Below are positions 28,458 through 36,414 of a stretch of 64,000 bases of DNA, piece by piece; position 1 is the stretch's first letter; the number at the start of each line of letters is the position of its first letter. Made by a program: the position numbers and the translations under genes. The notes under the pieces were generated by a model, which saw only the letters and a program-made list of their open reading frames with translations, had not been told where the DNA came from and made no database searches. The stretch comes from Candidatus Iainarchaeum sp. (GTDB lineage Archaea > Iainarchaeota > Iainarchaeia > Iainarchaeales > JAFGBZ01), in contig JBDRGO010000007.1 of assembly GCA_043817715.1 (NCBI GenBank), forward strand, positions 15,499 to 79,498. Reading direction: 5' to 3'.

Positions 28458-29921
28458 ATGGCTTTAAAGGATTTATTGGAAAGCAGGAATGCTAATTTAA
28501 AGAAAATTGAGGAACTTGGATTTAACCCTTATCCATACAAATTCAAGGCAGAAAATTATGCCAAAGACATTAATGAAAAATATGGAAAAATAAAAGAAGG
28601 GGAAATGACTGGAAAAAAAGTTTCTGTTTTTGGAAGAATAATGAGCAACCGCGGAATGGGAAAAATGGCTTTCATGGATTTAATGGATTCAACTGACAGA
28701 ATCCAGATTGTGTTCAGGGAAGATTTATTGAATAAAAATAAATTTGAATTAATGCAGGCAGTTGATTTAGGGGATTTTCTTGGAGTCAAAGGAGAAGTAT
28801 TCAAAACCAAAAGAGGCCAGTTAAGCATTTTATGCAATGATTTTGAATTTATGTCAAAAGCAGTAAGACCTTTGCCGGAAAAATGGCATGGGCTGCAGGA
28901 TTTGGAAATCCGTTACAGAAAGCGTTCGCTTGACTTAATCATGAACCCTGAAACAAGAAAAGCATTTGAAATGCGTTCAAAAATAATTGATGCAGTAAGG
29001 GAATTCTTTAAATCAAAAGGATTTTTGGAAGTTGAAATTCCTTTAATTCAGCCTGTTTACGGCGGAGCAAACGCAAAGCCATTCATAACCAAATCAAATG
29101 CCTTGGACCAAAACATGTATCTAAGCATTTCGCCTGAATTATATTTAAAAAAATTAATTGTCGGAGGATATGAAAAGGTTTTCACCATCTGCAAGAATTT
29201 CCGAAATGAAGACATTGATAAAACCCATAATCCAGAATTCACAATGCTTGAATCATATGAAATCAATGCAGATTACAATGATGTAATGGATTTGGTTGAG
29301 GAATTATTTGAATTCACTGCATTAAAAGTTTTAGGCAAAACAAAAATCAATTATCAGGGAACAGAAATTGAATTAAAGCGCCCGTGGAAAAGGATTCCAA
29401 TGAAACAGGCAATAAAGGAATTTGCAGGAATTGATGTTGACAAAAAAACCGACAAGGAACTCTTTGAAAAAATCCTTGCGCATGGAGAGCCATATGACGG
29501 CGCAAAAGAAAGAGGCTGGCTAATTCAGGAACTGTTTGAAAGATACTGCGAAAAGCATTTAATCCAGCCAACCCATGTAATTGACCATCCAAAAGAAACA
29601 ACTCCTTTATGCAAAAAGCACAGGAAAGAAAAAGGATTAATTGAACGAGCTGAATCATTCATTAATTCATGGGAAATGACCAATCTTTACTCTGAATTAA
29701 ATGACCCAATAGTGCAAAAGGAAATGTTTGAACTGCAGGAAAAAATGACTGGTTTGAAGGAAAAACACCCCAAAGACACAGATTTCATTGAAGCAATGGA
29801 ATACGGCATGCCTCCAACAGGCGGATTAGGAATCGGAATTGACAGAATGGCAATGCTGCTGCTGGACCAACCGACAATAAGGGATGTAATTTTCTTCCCG
29901 CAAATGAGAACAATGAAATAA
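28458..29921 (+). CDS. lysS: Lysyl-tRNA synthetase, class II
   Basis: OB-fold N-terminus, PLPEKWHGL, GGANAKPF, FRNEDID-x-THNPEFT, YGMPPTGGLGIGIDR. Confidence 0.96.
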   Translation: MALKDLLESRNANLKKIEELGFNPYPYKFKAENYAKDINEKYGKIKEGEMTGKKVSVFGRIMSNRGMGKMAFMDLMDSTDRIQIVFREDLLNKNKFELMQAVDLGDFLGVKGEVFKTKRGQLSILCNDFEFMSKAVRPLPEKWHGLQDLEIRYRKRSLDLIMNPETRKAFEMRSKIIDAVREFFKSKGFLEVEIPLIQPVYGGANAKPFITKSNALDQNMYLSISPELYLKKLIVGGYEKVFTICKNFRNEDIDKTHNPEFTMLESYEINADYNDVMDLVEELFEFTALKVLGKTKINYQGTEIELKRPWKRIPMKQAIKEFAGIDVDKKTDKELFEKILAHGEPYDGAKERGWLIQELFERYCEKHLIQPTHVIDHPKETTPLCKKHRKEKGLIERAESFINSWEMTNLYSELNDPIVQKEMFELQEKMTGLKEKHPKDTDFIEAMEYGMPPTGGLGIGIDRMAMLLLDQPTIRDVIFFPQMRTMK

Positions 29922-29961
29922 ATGAGCCCAAATAGAATTCTGATTCAAAAGAAAACAATAT

Positions 29962-29986
29962 AAATAGTTATACAGTATAATTATTT
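29962..29986. promoter_or_regulatory. Inverted repeat, probable autoregulatory operator of TA module 1
   Basis: aaatagttatac-a-gtataattattt (one mismatch) between a TATA-like element and the antitoxin start. Confidence 0.6.
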
Positions 29987-29994
29987 GTGGTTTT

Positions 29995-30231
29995 ATGTTT
30001 GAATGTGAGGCAAAATTAAAAACATGGGGCAACAGCATTGGCGTTGTGCTTCCTAAAAAAGAGCTTGAAAAGGAAAATCTTTCTGCTGACAGCAAAGTCA
30101 GAGTGGTTGTTTTTCCTGCAAAAAAGCTTACTGTAGGGGATATTTTTGGAAAGCTTGAAAACTGGAAAAAGCCAGCCAGCAGAATAATGAAAGAAATTGA
30201 CGAGGAATTGGACAGCAAATTCTTTAAGTGA
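29995..30231 (+). CDS. vapB: AbrB/MazE-family antitoxin (VapB)
   Basis: KTWGNSIGVVLPK AbrB signature, upstream of a PIN gene. Confidence 0.88.
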   Translation: MFECEAKLKTWGNSIGVVLPKKELEKENLSADSKVRVVVFPAKKLTVGDIFGKLENWKKPASRIMKEIDEELDSKFFK

Positions 30232-30235
30232 TAAA

Positions 30236-30598
30236 ATGAAATATTTTTTCGATACTTATGCGTTAGTCGAAATTGTTGAAAAAAACCCGAATTATGTAAA
30301 ATTCATAAAAGAAGAAATTGTTACAGGCATTCTTAACATTGGAGAATTTTATTATTCGCTCCTGAAAGATTACGATGAAAGCACTGCGCAAAACTGGCTG
30401 AAGATTTTTGGGCAGACAATAATTCCTTTAAGCACAGACACAGCCATCAATGCAATGAAATTCAAATTCCTAAACAGGAAAAAAAACTTTTCTTTTGTTG
30501 ACTGCTGCAGTTACATGCAAGCAAAAGAAAACAACTTGATTTTCTTAACCGGCGACAAGGAATTCAAAGGAATGCCTAATGTGGAATTCGTGAAATGA
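30236..30598 (+). CDS. vapC: PIN-domain toxin (VapC)
   Basis: FFDTYALVE, E, SFVDC, LTGDKEF acidic catalytic pattern. Confidence 0.9.
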   Translation: MKYFFDTYALVEIVEKNPNYVKFIKEEIVTGILNIGEFYYSLLKDYDESTAQNWLKIFGQTIIPLSTDTAINAMKFKFLNRKKNFSFVDCCSYMQAKENNLIFLTGDKEFKGMPNVEFVK

Positions 30599-30603
30599 GA
30601 AAA
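30551..30603 (+). repeat. 53-bp direct repeat, copy 1 (3' end of vapC1)
   Basis: Matches 31208-31260 at 51 of 53 positions. Confidence 0.88.
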
Positions 30604-30635
30604 AGAATTCAGATATGCCTATGCAAAGAAATTTA

Positions 30636-30659
30636 AATATAATTATATCTAATTATATT
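30636..30659. promoter_or_regulatory. Inverted repeat, probable operator of TA module 2
   Basis: aatataatta-tatc-taattatatt perfect 10-bp arms overlapping a TATA-like element. Confidence 0.6.
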
Positions 30660-30669
30660 GGTGATTTTT

Positions 30670-30927
30670 TTGGAAGCTGAAGTTGTTGTAAGAAAATGGG
30701 GCAATTCTCTTGGGTTGACTTTGCCTAAAAATCTTGTTGAAACCCAGAAAATAAGGGAAAATGACCGCATATCCATTCAGGTGGAGAAAAATAAGCTGTT
30801 AAGAGTAGGTGACATTTTCGGGCTTGCGAAAGGCTGGAAATTTGACACTCAAAAATTCAAAGACCAGGCAAGGAGGGAGGAACTTGAACGGGAAAGAAAA
30901 ATTTCTGGATTCTTACGCAATCATTGA
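30670..30927 (+). CDS. vapB: AbrB/MazE-family antitoxin (VapB)
   Basis: RKWGNSLGLTLPK; GGTGA SD before TTG 30670. Confidence 0.86.
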   Translation: MEAEVVVRKWGNSLGLTLPKNLVETQKIRENDRISIQVEKNKLLRVGDIFGLAKGWKFDTQKFKDQARREELERERKISGFLRNH

Positions 30928-31255
30928 AATAATCAAGGAAAACCAGAATTACAAACCATTTAAGGAAGCAGTTGCAGTAACAGGCAAAGCCAACTTGATT
31001 GAAGTCGCGTACAGTCTGCTTCAGGATTTCCAAAAAGAAACCGCATTAATTATATTGGGTTCCCTGAAAATCAAAACCCTTGAAATAGAGGACAACCAGA
31101 TAACAAAAATCGCTGTTTTCAAAAAAGAACACGCCAAAAAAAAATTCTCTTACATTGACTGCATAGGTTATATCCTGGCAAAAGAAAACGGAATAGCTTT
31201 CGTCACAGGCGACAAGGAATTTGAAGGAATGCCTAATGTGGAATTCGTGAAATGA
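30884..31255 (+). CDS. vapC: PIN-domain toxin (VapC)
   Basis: FLDSYAIIE, SYIDC, VTGDKEF; GGAGG SD before TTG 30884; overlaps the antitoxin. Confidence 0.88.
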   Translation: MNGKEKFLDSYAIIEIIKENQNYKPFKEAVAVTGKANLIEVAYSLLQDFQKETALIILGSLKIKTLEIEDNQITKIAVFKKEHAKKKFSYIDCIGYILAKENGIAFVTGDKEFEGMPNVEFVK

Positions 31256-31260
31256 GAAAA
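31208..31260 (+). repeat. 53-bp direct repeat, copy 2 (3' end of vapC2)
   Basis: Matches 30551-30603. Confidence 0.88.
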
Positions 31261-31349
31261 GATATTTTTGTATAAATGAGAAAAATAAAAAAAGGAATTT
31301 ATAACAGATTGCATGAATGAAAATTTGAAAAACCTTAAAGGAAACTCAA

Positions 31350-32078
31350 ATGAAAACTGAAACGCTTGAAGTAAACGGCTTGAAATATGCTGTTAAAATT
31401 CATTATGAAAAAAGAAATAATTCCACCGGAAGCATTGGAAAAAACACAGTCAATATCCGCATTCCTTCAGGATTAAGCCGGGAAGAATGCTTCAGGGAAT
31501 TAATTAAAATGAAAGCGTGGGCAAGAAACAAAATCCAGGAAAACCCGTCAAAGTTTAAGCCGGAAATTCAAAAAGAATACAATGACGGAGATAACTTAAA
31601 AGTTGGAAATGAAGAATACAAACTCAGAATTGAATTAAAGGAAAAGCAAAGCAGTTCCGGCCGAATCAAAGAAGGCATTATTCATCTGACAATTTCCTCT
31701 AATTTATCAAAACAAATGCAAAACAGGCATATTTCAACCCTTTTAAGCAGGTGCATTGCGGAAAAAAGGCTTCCTCATCTTAAAGAAAAAATCAGTGAAT
31801 TAAACAAAAAGCATTTCAATCAAAAAATAAACAAAATTTTCTTCAAACACAATAAATCAAACTGGGGCAGCTGCTCAAAAGCAGGCAATATCAATATTTC
31901 AACAAAATTATTGTTTGCTCCGGAAGAGATACTGGAATATGTGTGCGTTCATGAATTGGCTCATCTCATTGAACAAAACCATTCCTCCCAATTCTGGGAA
32001 TTAATTGAAAAAGCAATGCCTGATTACCGGGAAAAAATAAACTGGTTTAAAGAAAACAAGGAAATATGTGGTTTCTAA
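31350..32078 (+). CDS. YgjP/DUF45-family zinc metallohydrolase (M48-like)
   Basis: KSNWGSCS, YVCVHELAHL-x-E-x-NHS-x-x-FW, MPDY. Confidence 0.88.
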   Translation: MKTETLEVNGLKYAVKIHYEKRNNSTGSIGKNTVNIRIPSGLSREECFRELIKMKAWARNKIQENPSKFKPEIQKEYNDGDNLKVGNEEYKLRIELKEKQSSSGRIKEGIIHLTISSNLSKQMQNRHISTLLSRCIAEKRLPHLKEKISELNKKHFNQKINKIFFKHNKSNWGSCSKAGNINISTKLLFAPEEILEYVCVHELAHLIEQNHSSQFWELIEKAMPDYREKINWFKENKEICGF

Positions 32079-32689
32079 TGAATTCAACTGAAGAAAACAA
32101 ATTAACTAAATCAACAATCCTAAAATTAAACAACAAAAAATTCTCTTTAATTGAAGAATTCTCACACGGGCACGCATCACAGATTTTTCTTGTAAAGGAT
32201 TCAAAAGGAAAAATTTTCAAATTAAAGAAAGAAAAAGCGAAATCAACTCGAATTAATATGGTACAAAAAGAAGCTTCAAATTTAAAAAAAGCAAATTCAA
32301 TCGGAGTTGGACCAAAATTAATTGATTTCAATGAATCAGAACACTGGGTTTTAATGGAATTCATTAAAGGAAAATTATTTTGTGATTTTATTTCAAATGA
32401 GCCGTCAAAAAAAGAATTATTAAAAGTATTAAACGCACTTTTTCAACAAGCAAAAAAATTAGATGAAATTGATTTAGATCACGGACAATTAGCAGGACGC
32501 GGAGCCAACATATTGGTTACTCCGCAATTGAAACCCGTAATAATTGATTTTGAAAAAGCTTCTCAAAAAAGAAAACCGCATAATCTGAATGTGTTAAAAT
32601 CAATGCTTTTTATCAGGAACTCTGAAATGGGAATAACTGTTAGAAGTATTTTAGGGGAAAAGGAATTAGAGAAATTATCTAAATTTTGA
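32066..32689 (+). CDS. Archaeal Ser/Thr protein kinase-like (RIO/Bud32-related)
   Basis: E-x-x-NLKKAN-x-IGVGPKL, MEFIKG, HGQL...NILV, IIDFE. Confidence 0.75.
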   Translation: MWFLMNSTEENKLTKSTILKLNNKKFSLIEEFSHGHASQIFLVKDSKGKIFKLKKEKAKSTRINMVQKEASNLKKANSIGVGPKLIDFNESEHWVLMEFIKGKLFCDFISNEPSKKELLKVLNALFQQAKKLDEIDLDHGQLAGRGANILVTPQLKPVIIDFEKASQKRKPHNLNVLKSMLFIRNSEMGITVRSILGEKELEKLSKF

Positions 32690-32723
32690 ATTAATAAAAA
32701 CAAATTTAGTAAAAAAATTAATT

Positions 32724-32951
32724 TTATTTTTCTTTTAATTCATTTAATCTGTTCATAATTTTTAAAAATCTTTTTCTCTTTTCTCTTCTGACTTCAGACA
32801 CAACTACAGGGTGATTAAGCTCACGCATTAACAGCAACCTTTCGGAATTTAAATTCTCAATTTCTTCCTTTTGTTTAATCTTTTTTCCTATTACTGGCAA
32901 TAGTTTTCCAATTCTTAAAAAAAATCTTTTAATCCGCATATGCATTTTCAC
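32724..32951 (-). CDS. Small basic hypothetical protein
   Basis: 75-aa ORF filling the gap; amphipathic basic N-terminus. Confidence 0.5.
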   Translation of the reverse strand: MKMHMRIKRFFLRIGKLLPVIGKKIKQKEEIENLNSERLLLMRELNHPVVVSEVRREKRKRFLKIMNRLNELKEK

Positions 32952-32969
32952 TAATAAGAAAAATTTATT

Positions 32970-34004
32970 TTATGTTTTGAATACTTTTTTATACGCCGGC
33001 TCAAACTGCCATTCCTTGTATTTAATGTAAACAAATTTAATTATTGGAAGAGCCAATGCATAAAGCAATGCCCATAAAACAACTGAAACAAATAATGCCA
33101 GAACCAGGTTTGTCAGGAACAAAGAAAAAATTGAATCAGAGGAATGGGAAGCAACTGCCTTAAGCGATTCATTCTGCTGAAAACTAAATAAAAGAAATGA
33201 AGTAATTAATCCAAAAATTAAAAACAAAATCTGCAATGGCTTCATAATCCAGTGCTTGTTAATGTTTCTGAACGGGCATATTTCTTCAATTAACCTGAAT
33301 TCCTTCCGGGAAATTTCCTTTTGTTTCCTGATTAATTCAATTGAAGTTATCTGGTACTGCAAACAGGCTTTCACAACATCCTCAGAATAATCCCATTTTT
33401 TCAGAATTACCCCCAGTGTTTCTTCATTAACTGAATTAGGGTATTCCTCTAAAACCCTAAGCAAATCCTTTTTATTCAAATCAATTGATAAAAATTCATT
33501 TACTGCATATTCATCCAAATGCTGCTGTGTTAAAATTGTGTCAAGCATTCTTACTGAAAGCCATTTCTTGCCCTTAAGGAATTTCAATAAATCAAGCAAG
33601 TCATTTCCGACAACATTGAACCTGCTTAATGTATGAATAATGCTTAATGAAGTGGATTTATCCATTTCACTGAAAGTTTTTTCCCTTCGGAATGCCCTGA
33701 AAATTTTTCCCCAATTGTCAATAAAAATATCAATGAAAACAAGAACGCTTAAAACAGAAATTATTGCAATGAAAACAAATTTCTGGATATCCCCGCTAAG
33801 CCATAAAACAAGGACAAATAAAATCATTAGAAACCCGCTCCAGGCATTATCTGAAATTCTAATGTAACGCGTTGCAAGTGATTTCAGCAAAGAAGCGGTT
33901 GTTTCAAGAAAAGCAAAAAACTGCGTGATTGGCTTTTTATCAACCGGCTTGCAGGACAAATCACAATCAGGCCCAAAAATCCCTTTGTTTTCTTCTGAAA
34001 CCAT
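32970..34004 (-). CDS. Hypothetical membrane protein
   Basis: Two TM pairs flanking a soluble helical domain. Confidence 0.7.
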   Translation of the reverse strand: MVSEENKGIFGPDCDLSCKPVDKKPITQFFAFLETTASLLKSLATRYIRISDNAWSGFLMILFVLVLWLSGDIQKFVFIAIISVLSVLVFIDIFIDNWGKIFRAFRREKTFSEMDKSTSLSIIHTLSRFNVVGNDLLDLLKFLKGKKWLSVRMLDTILTQQHLDEYAVNEFLSIDLNKKDLLRVLEEYPNSVNEETLGVILKKWDYSEDVVKACLQYQITSIELIRKQKEISRKEFRLIEEICPFRNINKHWIMKPLQILFLIFGLITSFLLFSFQQNESLKAVASHSSDSIFSLFLTNLVLALFVSVVLWALLYALALPIIKFVYIKYKEWQFEPAYKKVFKT

Positions 34005-34057
34005 GCAAAAATAAGGGAAAACTAATTAAAAAAACTTTTTATTTTAGGAAAAGAAAC

Positions 34058-34109
34058 GCGATTCAAGCAAAAGCTTGAATGCGCCCTTCAAAGCTCTGCT
34101 TTGAATAGG
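34058..34109. terminator. Twin hairpins, terminator-like or regulatory
   Basis: attcaagc-aaaa-gcttgaat and ttcaaagc-tct-gctttgaa adjacent inverted repeats in an intergenic gap. Confidence 0.4.
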
Positions 34110-34160
34110 AAGCTTGCAAAAAATACCTAAAAAAAGCGTAATTGGAGAAAAAAAGAAAAT

Positions 34161-34274
34161 TCATTTATGCTTTGCCCTTGTTTTTTTCTGTGCAATAGCC
34201 CTGTTTCCTGAATTGATTTTTTCCTTTAATACTTCTGCCTTTGAATCCATTGGATTCTGTTTTTTTCCAGCCAA
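34161..34274 (-). CDS. Unannotated 37-aa basic peptide (MAGKKQNPMDSKAEVLKEKINSGNRAIAQKKTRAKHK)
   Basis: TTG start preceded by GTGA SD-like motif directly after the stop of the upstream gene; below the ORF-track cutoff. Confidence 0.45.
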   Translation of the reverse strand: MAGKKQNPMDSKAEVLKEKINSGNRAIAQKKTRAKHK

Positions 34275-34285
34275 ATAAATCACTT

Positions 34286-34534
34286 TTAATTCAATTTGTT
34301 CTGAACCGCGTCAATTTTTTCCCGCAGTTTTGCTTTTTTGTCCCATAAAGAACTTTTGGTTTTTTCACACAGGTCAATTCCTTCATGGGTTTCAGGAGTC
34401 ACTAAATTAAGATAAGTTATCTTTCTGCCTGCTGCCTCGTTTTTCTTTCTTAATGAAGCCAATTTTTTCTCCAATAATTTCCGTCTTATTCTGCTTTGCT
34501 TCCATCTGCTTTTTAAGTTCCTGAAAAAACCCAT
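34286..34534 (-). CDS. Small basic hypothetical protein
   Basis: MGFFRNLKSRWKQSRIRRK... directly downstream of the histone gene. Confidence 0.55.
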   Translation of the reverse strand: MGFFRNLKSRWKQSRIRRKLLEKKLASLRKKNEAAGRKITYLNLVTPETHEGIDLCEKTKSSLWDKKAKLREKIDAVQNKLN

Positions 34535-34548
34535 AACCAGCACTAAAT

Positions 34549-34941
34549 TCATTTCACGAATTTTCTGTCAACTTCAAGGATTAATACATCACATGCTGCT
34601 TTAATTGATTCCAATTGCTTGATGATTCTTTCTTTTTCTTTTTCAATATCCTGAATGTTTTCATATGGTTCAATTGCTTCCCTTAGCATTGATGAATCAA
34701 CATAAGAGTATGGATGCGAATCCATTTTTTTTGAAATTCTTTCAACCATTTTTCCCAGCCATAAATTCATCTGGTTCTTAACTGTTCCTTTAATTTGTTT
34801 TCCTTTAGTTAAATGGCTTCTCAGCATATTAACAACAGTTGCTTTAGGGAAAGGCAATTTATCTTCTGGTAAATCCTCTTCATCCTCTTCAATCATTTCC
34901 TGTGTTTCTACCTTTTCTTCCTCTAATTTTCCTTTAACCAT
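34549..34941 (-). CDS. Coiled-coil (HMfC-like) histone-fold protein
   Basis: LPFPKATVVNMLR...VKNQMNLWLG...YPY-like HPYSYVD...EKERII-x-x-L-x-x-IKA-x-CD-x-L matches the archaeal CC-histone pattern. Confidence 0.8.
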   Translation of the reverse strand: MVKGKLEEEKVETQEMIEEDEEDLPEDKLPFPKATVVNMLRSHLTKGKQIKGTVKNQMNLWLGKMVERISKKMDSHPYSYVDSSMLREAIEPYENIQDIEKEKERIIKQLESIKAACDVLILEVDRKFVK

Positions 34942-35040
34942 AAATTCACCTCAAAAATAAACGCATTACAGTAATACAAATTAGTATACAAATATTTAAA
35001 AATGAAAGAATTAAAAGGCTAAGTGACAAAAATATGTCAG

Positions 35041-35718
35041 ATGAATTCAAATAATTTAAGGTTTTTAGCCCCCATAACAGGGCTGTTTGTAGCAGTATTA
35101 ATTATTTCAAACATTGTTTCAACCAAAATCGTTGATTTGGGTTTGCTGGTTTTTGACGGGGGAACACTGTTATTTCCTTTAAGTTATATTTTTGGAGATA
35201 TTTTAACTGAAGTTTATGGTTACAAAAAATCAAGGCAGGTAATCTGGACAGGATTTATTGCATTAATTATGATGAGTGTTACTTTCTGGTTAATTGGACT
35301 GCTTCCAGCAGCAAGTGATTGGTTAAATCAGGAAGCATATGATTTGATTTTAGGAATAATGCCAAGAATTGTGTTAGGTTCAATTATTGCTTATTTTGCA
35401 GGAGAATTTTCCAACAGCTTTGTTTTGGCTAAAATGAAAATTTGGAGCAAAGGAAAACATTTATGGCAAAGAACAATCGGCTCAACTTTAATAGGAGAAG
35501 GAATTGATTCTGTTTTATTTGTTTTAATTGCTTTCCTTGGAGTACTGCCGAATGAATTGCTAATAATGGTTATGGTTTCAAATTATGTTTTCAAGGTTGG
35601 AATTGAAGTAATGTTAACCCCAATAACTTATTTGGTTGTTGGTTTCTTAAAGAAAAAAGAACAAGTAGATGTCTACGATTATAAAACTGATTTTAATCCA
35701 TTTAAAGCAGAATTTTAA
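35041..35718 (+). CDS. yhhQ: Queuosine/archaeosine precursor transporter (YhhQ/VUT family)
   Basis: ISNIVSTK, FPLSYIFGDILTEVYG, RIVLGS-x-x-AY, RTIGST-x-x-GE-x-x-DS, D-x-x-TDFNPF. Confidence 0.9.
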   Translation: MNSNNLRFLAPITGLFVAVLIISNIVSTKIVDLGLLVFDGGTLLFPLSYIFGDILTEVYGYKKSRQVIWTGFIALIMMSVTFWLIGLLPAASDWLNQEAYDLILGIMPRIVLGSIIAYFAGEFSNSFVLAKMKIWSKGKHLWQRTIGSTLIGEGIDSVLFVLIAFLGVLPNELLIMVMVSNYVFKVGIEVMLTPITYLVVGFLKKKEQVDVYDYKTDFNPFKAEF

Positions 35719-35769
35719 TAATTTTCATAAAAAGCAGGGGTTTAATTCTTTTCCTTTCATTAATTTTTC

Positions 35770-35845
35770 TGCGGTTAATGAAGAAACTGACGATGACGCC
35801 GAGGTTATTCAACCAATGATGAGTGATGGGCAGGCTGAAACCGCA
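35770..35845 (+). ncRNA. Box C/D methylation-guide sRNA with two 16S rRNA guides
   Basis: Terminal stem tgcggtt/aaccgca; C box ATGAAGA 35778-84; guide aactgacgatgacg; D' CCGA 35799-802; ggtt/aacc stem; C' ATGATGA 35816-22; guide gtgatgggcagg; D CTGA 35835-38. Confidence 0.88.
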
Positions 35846-35914
35846 ATTGATAATTAATTAAGCACTGTTGAGCGAAGTGAAACAGTGCAACGCCCGCCAG
35901 CCGGCGTGACGGCT

Positions 35915-35937
35915 GTGATGGGCAGGCTGAAACCGCA
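35915..35937 (+). repeat. Exact copy of the 23-nt 3' end of the C/D sRNA
   Basis: gtgatgggcaggctgaaaccgca identical to 35823-35845. Confidence 0.92.
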
Positions 35938-36039
35938 TAACTGCCACTGTTAGTTGGCACCAGCGTACTTTTCGCTCTTGGGCTCAAGAGTGCCTTAATG
36001 TACGCTTGCGTACTCCGCCCGCTAGCCAACATGATGGCT

Positions 36040-36062
36040 GTAATGGGCAGGCTAAAACCACA
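36040..36062 (+). repeat. Degenerate copy of the sRNA 3' end
   Basis: gtaatgggcaggctaaaaccaca, three G-to-A changes. Confidence 0.85.
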
Positions 36063-36147
36063 AGCTAATTAAGCACTGCTGAAAGCAGTGCACACGTGCC
36101 AACGGAGTGAGCCGTTGAACTGAAACCACTATATTTAAATATGTGTT

Positions 36148-36168
36148 ATCACATAATAATTATGTGAT
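36148..36168. promoter_or_regulatory. Inverted repeat, probable operator of TA module 3
   Basis: atcacataat-a-attatgtgat perfect 10-bp arms between tttaaata and the ATG. Confidence 0.68.
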
Positions 36169-36171
36169 TTT

Positions 36172-36414
36172 ATGCCTAATATTACTTTATCAGCAACTGA
36201 TGAAATGAAGGAAAGAATGGGTCGGCATCCTGAAGTGCGTTGGTCTAATGCAGTTCGCATAATTATTGAAAAGAAATTAAATGATTTTGAAAAGGCCGAA
36301 CGTTTAGCTAATAAAATCAATCTTTCAGAGAAAGATGTTGAATTTATTTCAGATAAAGTTGAGAAGGACATGGCTAAACATGCAAAGGAGCTTTTGAATG
36401 AGGGTTACAGTTGA
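36172..36414 (+). CDS. Ribbon-helix-helix-type antitoxin
   Basis: MPNITLS...HPEVRWSNAVR pattern; overlaps the PIN gene. Confidence 0.8.
   Translation: MPNITLSATDEMKERMGRHPEVRWSNAVRIIIEKKLNDFEKAERLANKINLSEKDVEFISDKVEKDMAKHAKELLNEGYS

Noticed and set aside
35805..36032. 75-aa minus-strand ORF
   Set aside because: Lies antisense across the GC-rich sRNA and repeat region; composition unlike real genes here.
35823..36062. CRISPR array (repeats containing GAAAC)
   Set aside because: Only three copies, unequal spacing (92 and 125 bp), spacers share sequence with one another, no cas genes in the window, and the first repeat is the 3' end of a C/D sRNA.
35770..36129. TIGR-like guide array, hammerhead ribozyme (CTGACGA...GAAAC), RNase P RNA or preQ1 riboswitch
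   Set aside because: No regular short periodicity or adjacent Nop-domain gene; hammerhead stems could not be built around the core; no GAGGAAAGUCC; the region is downstream, not upstream, of yhhQ.
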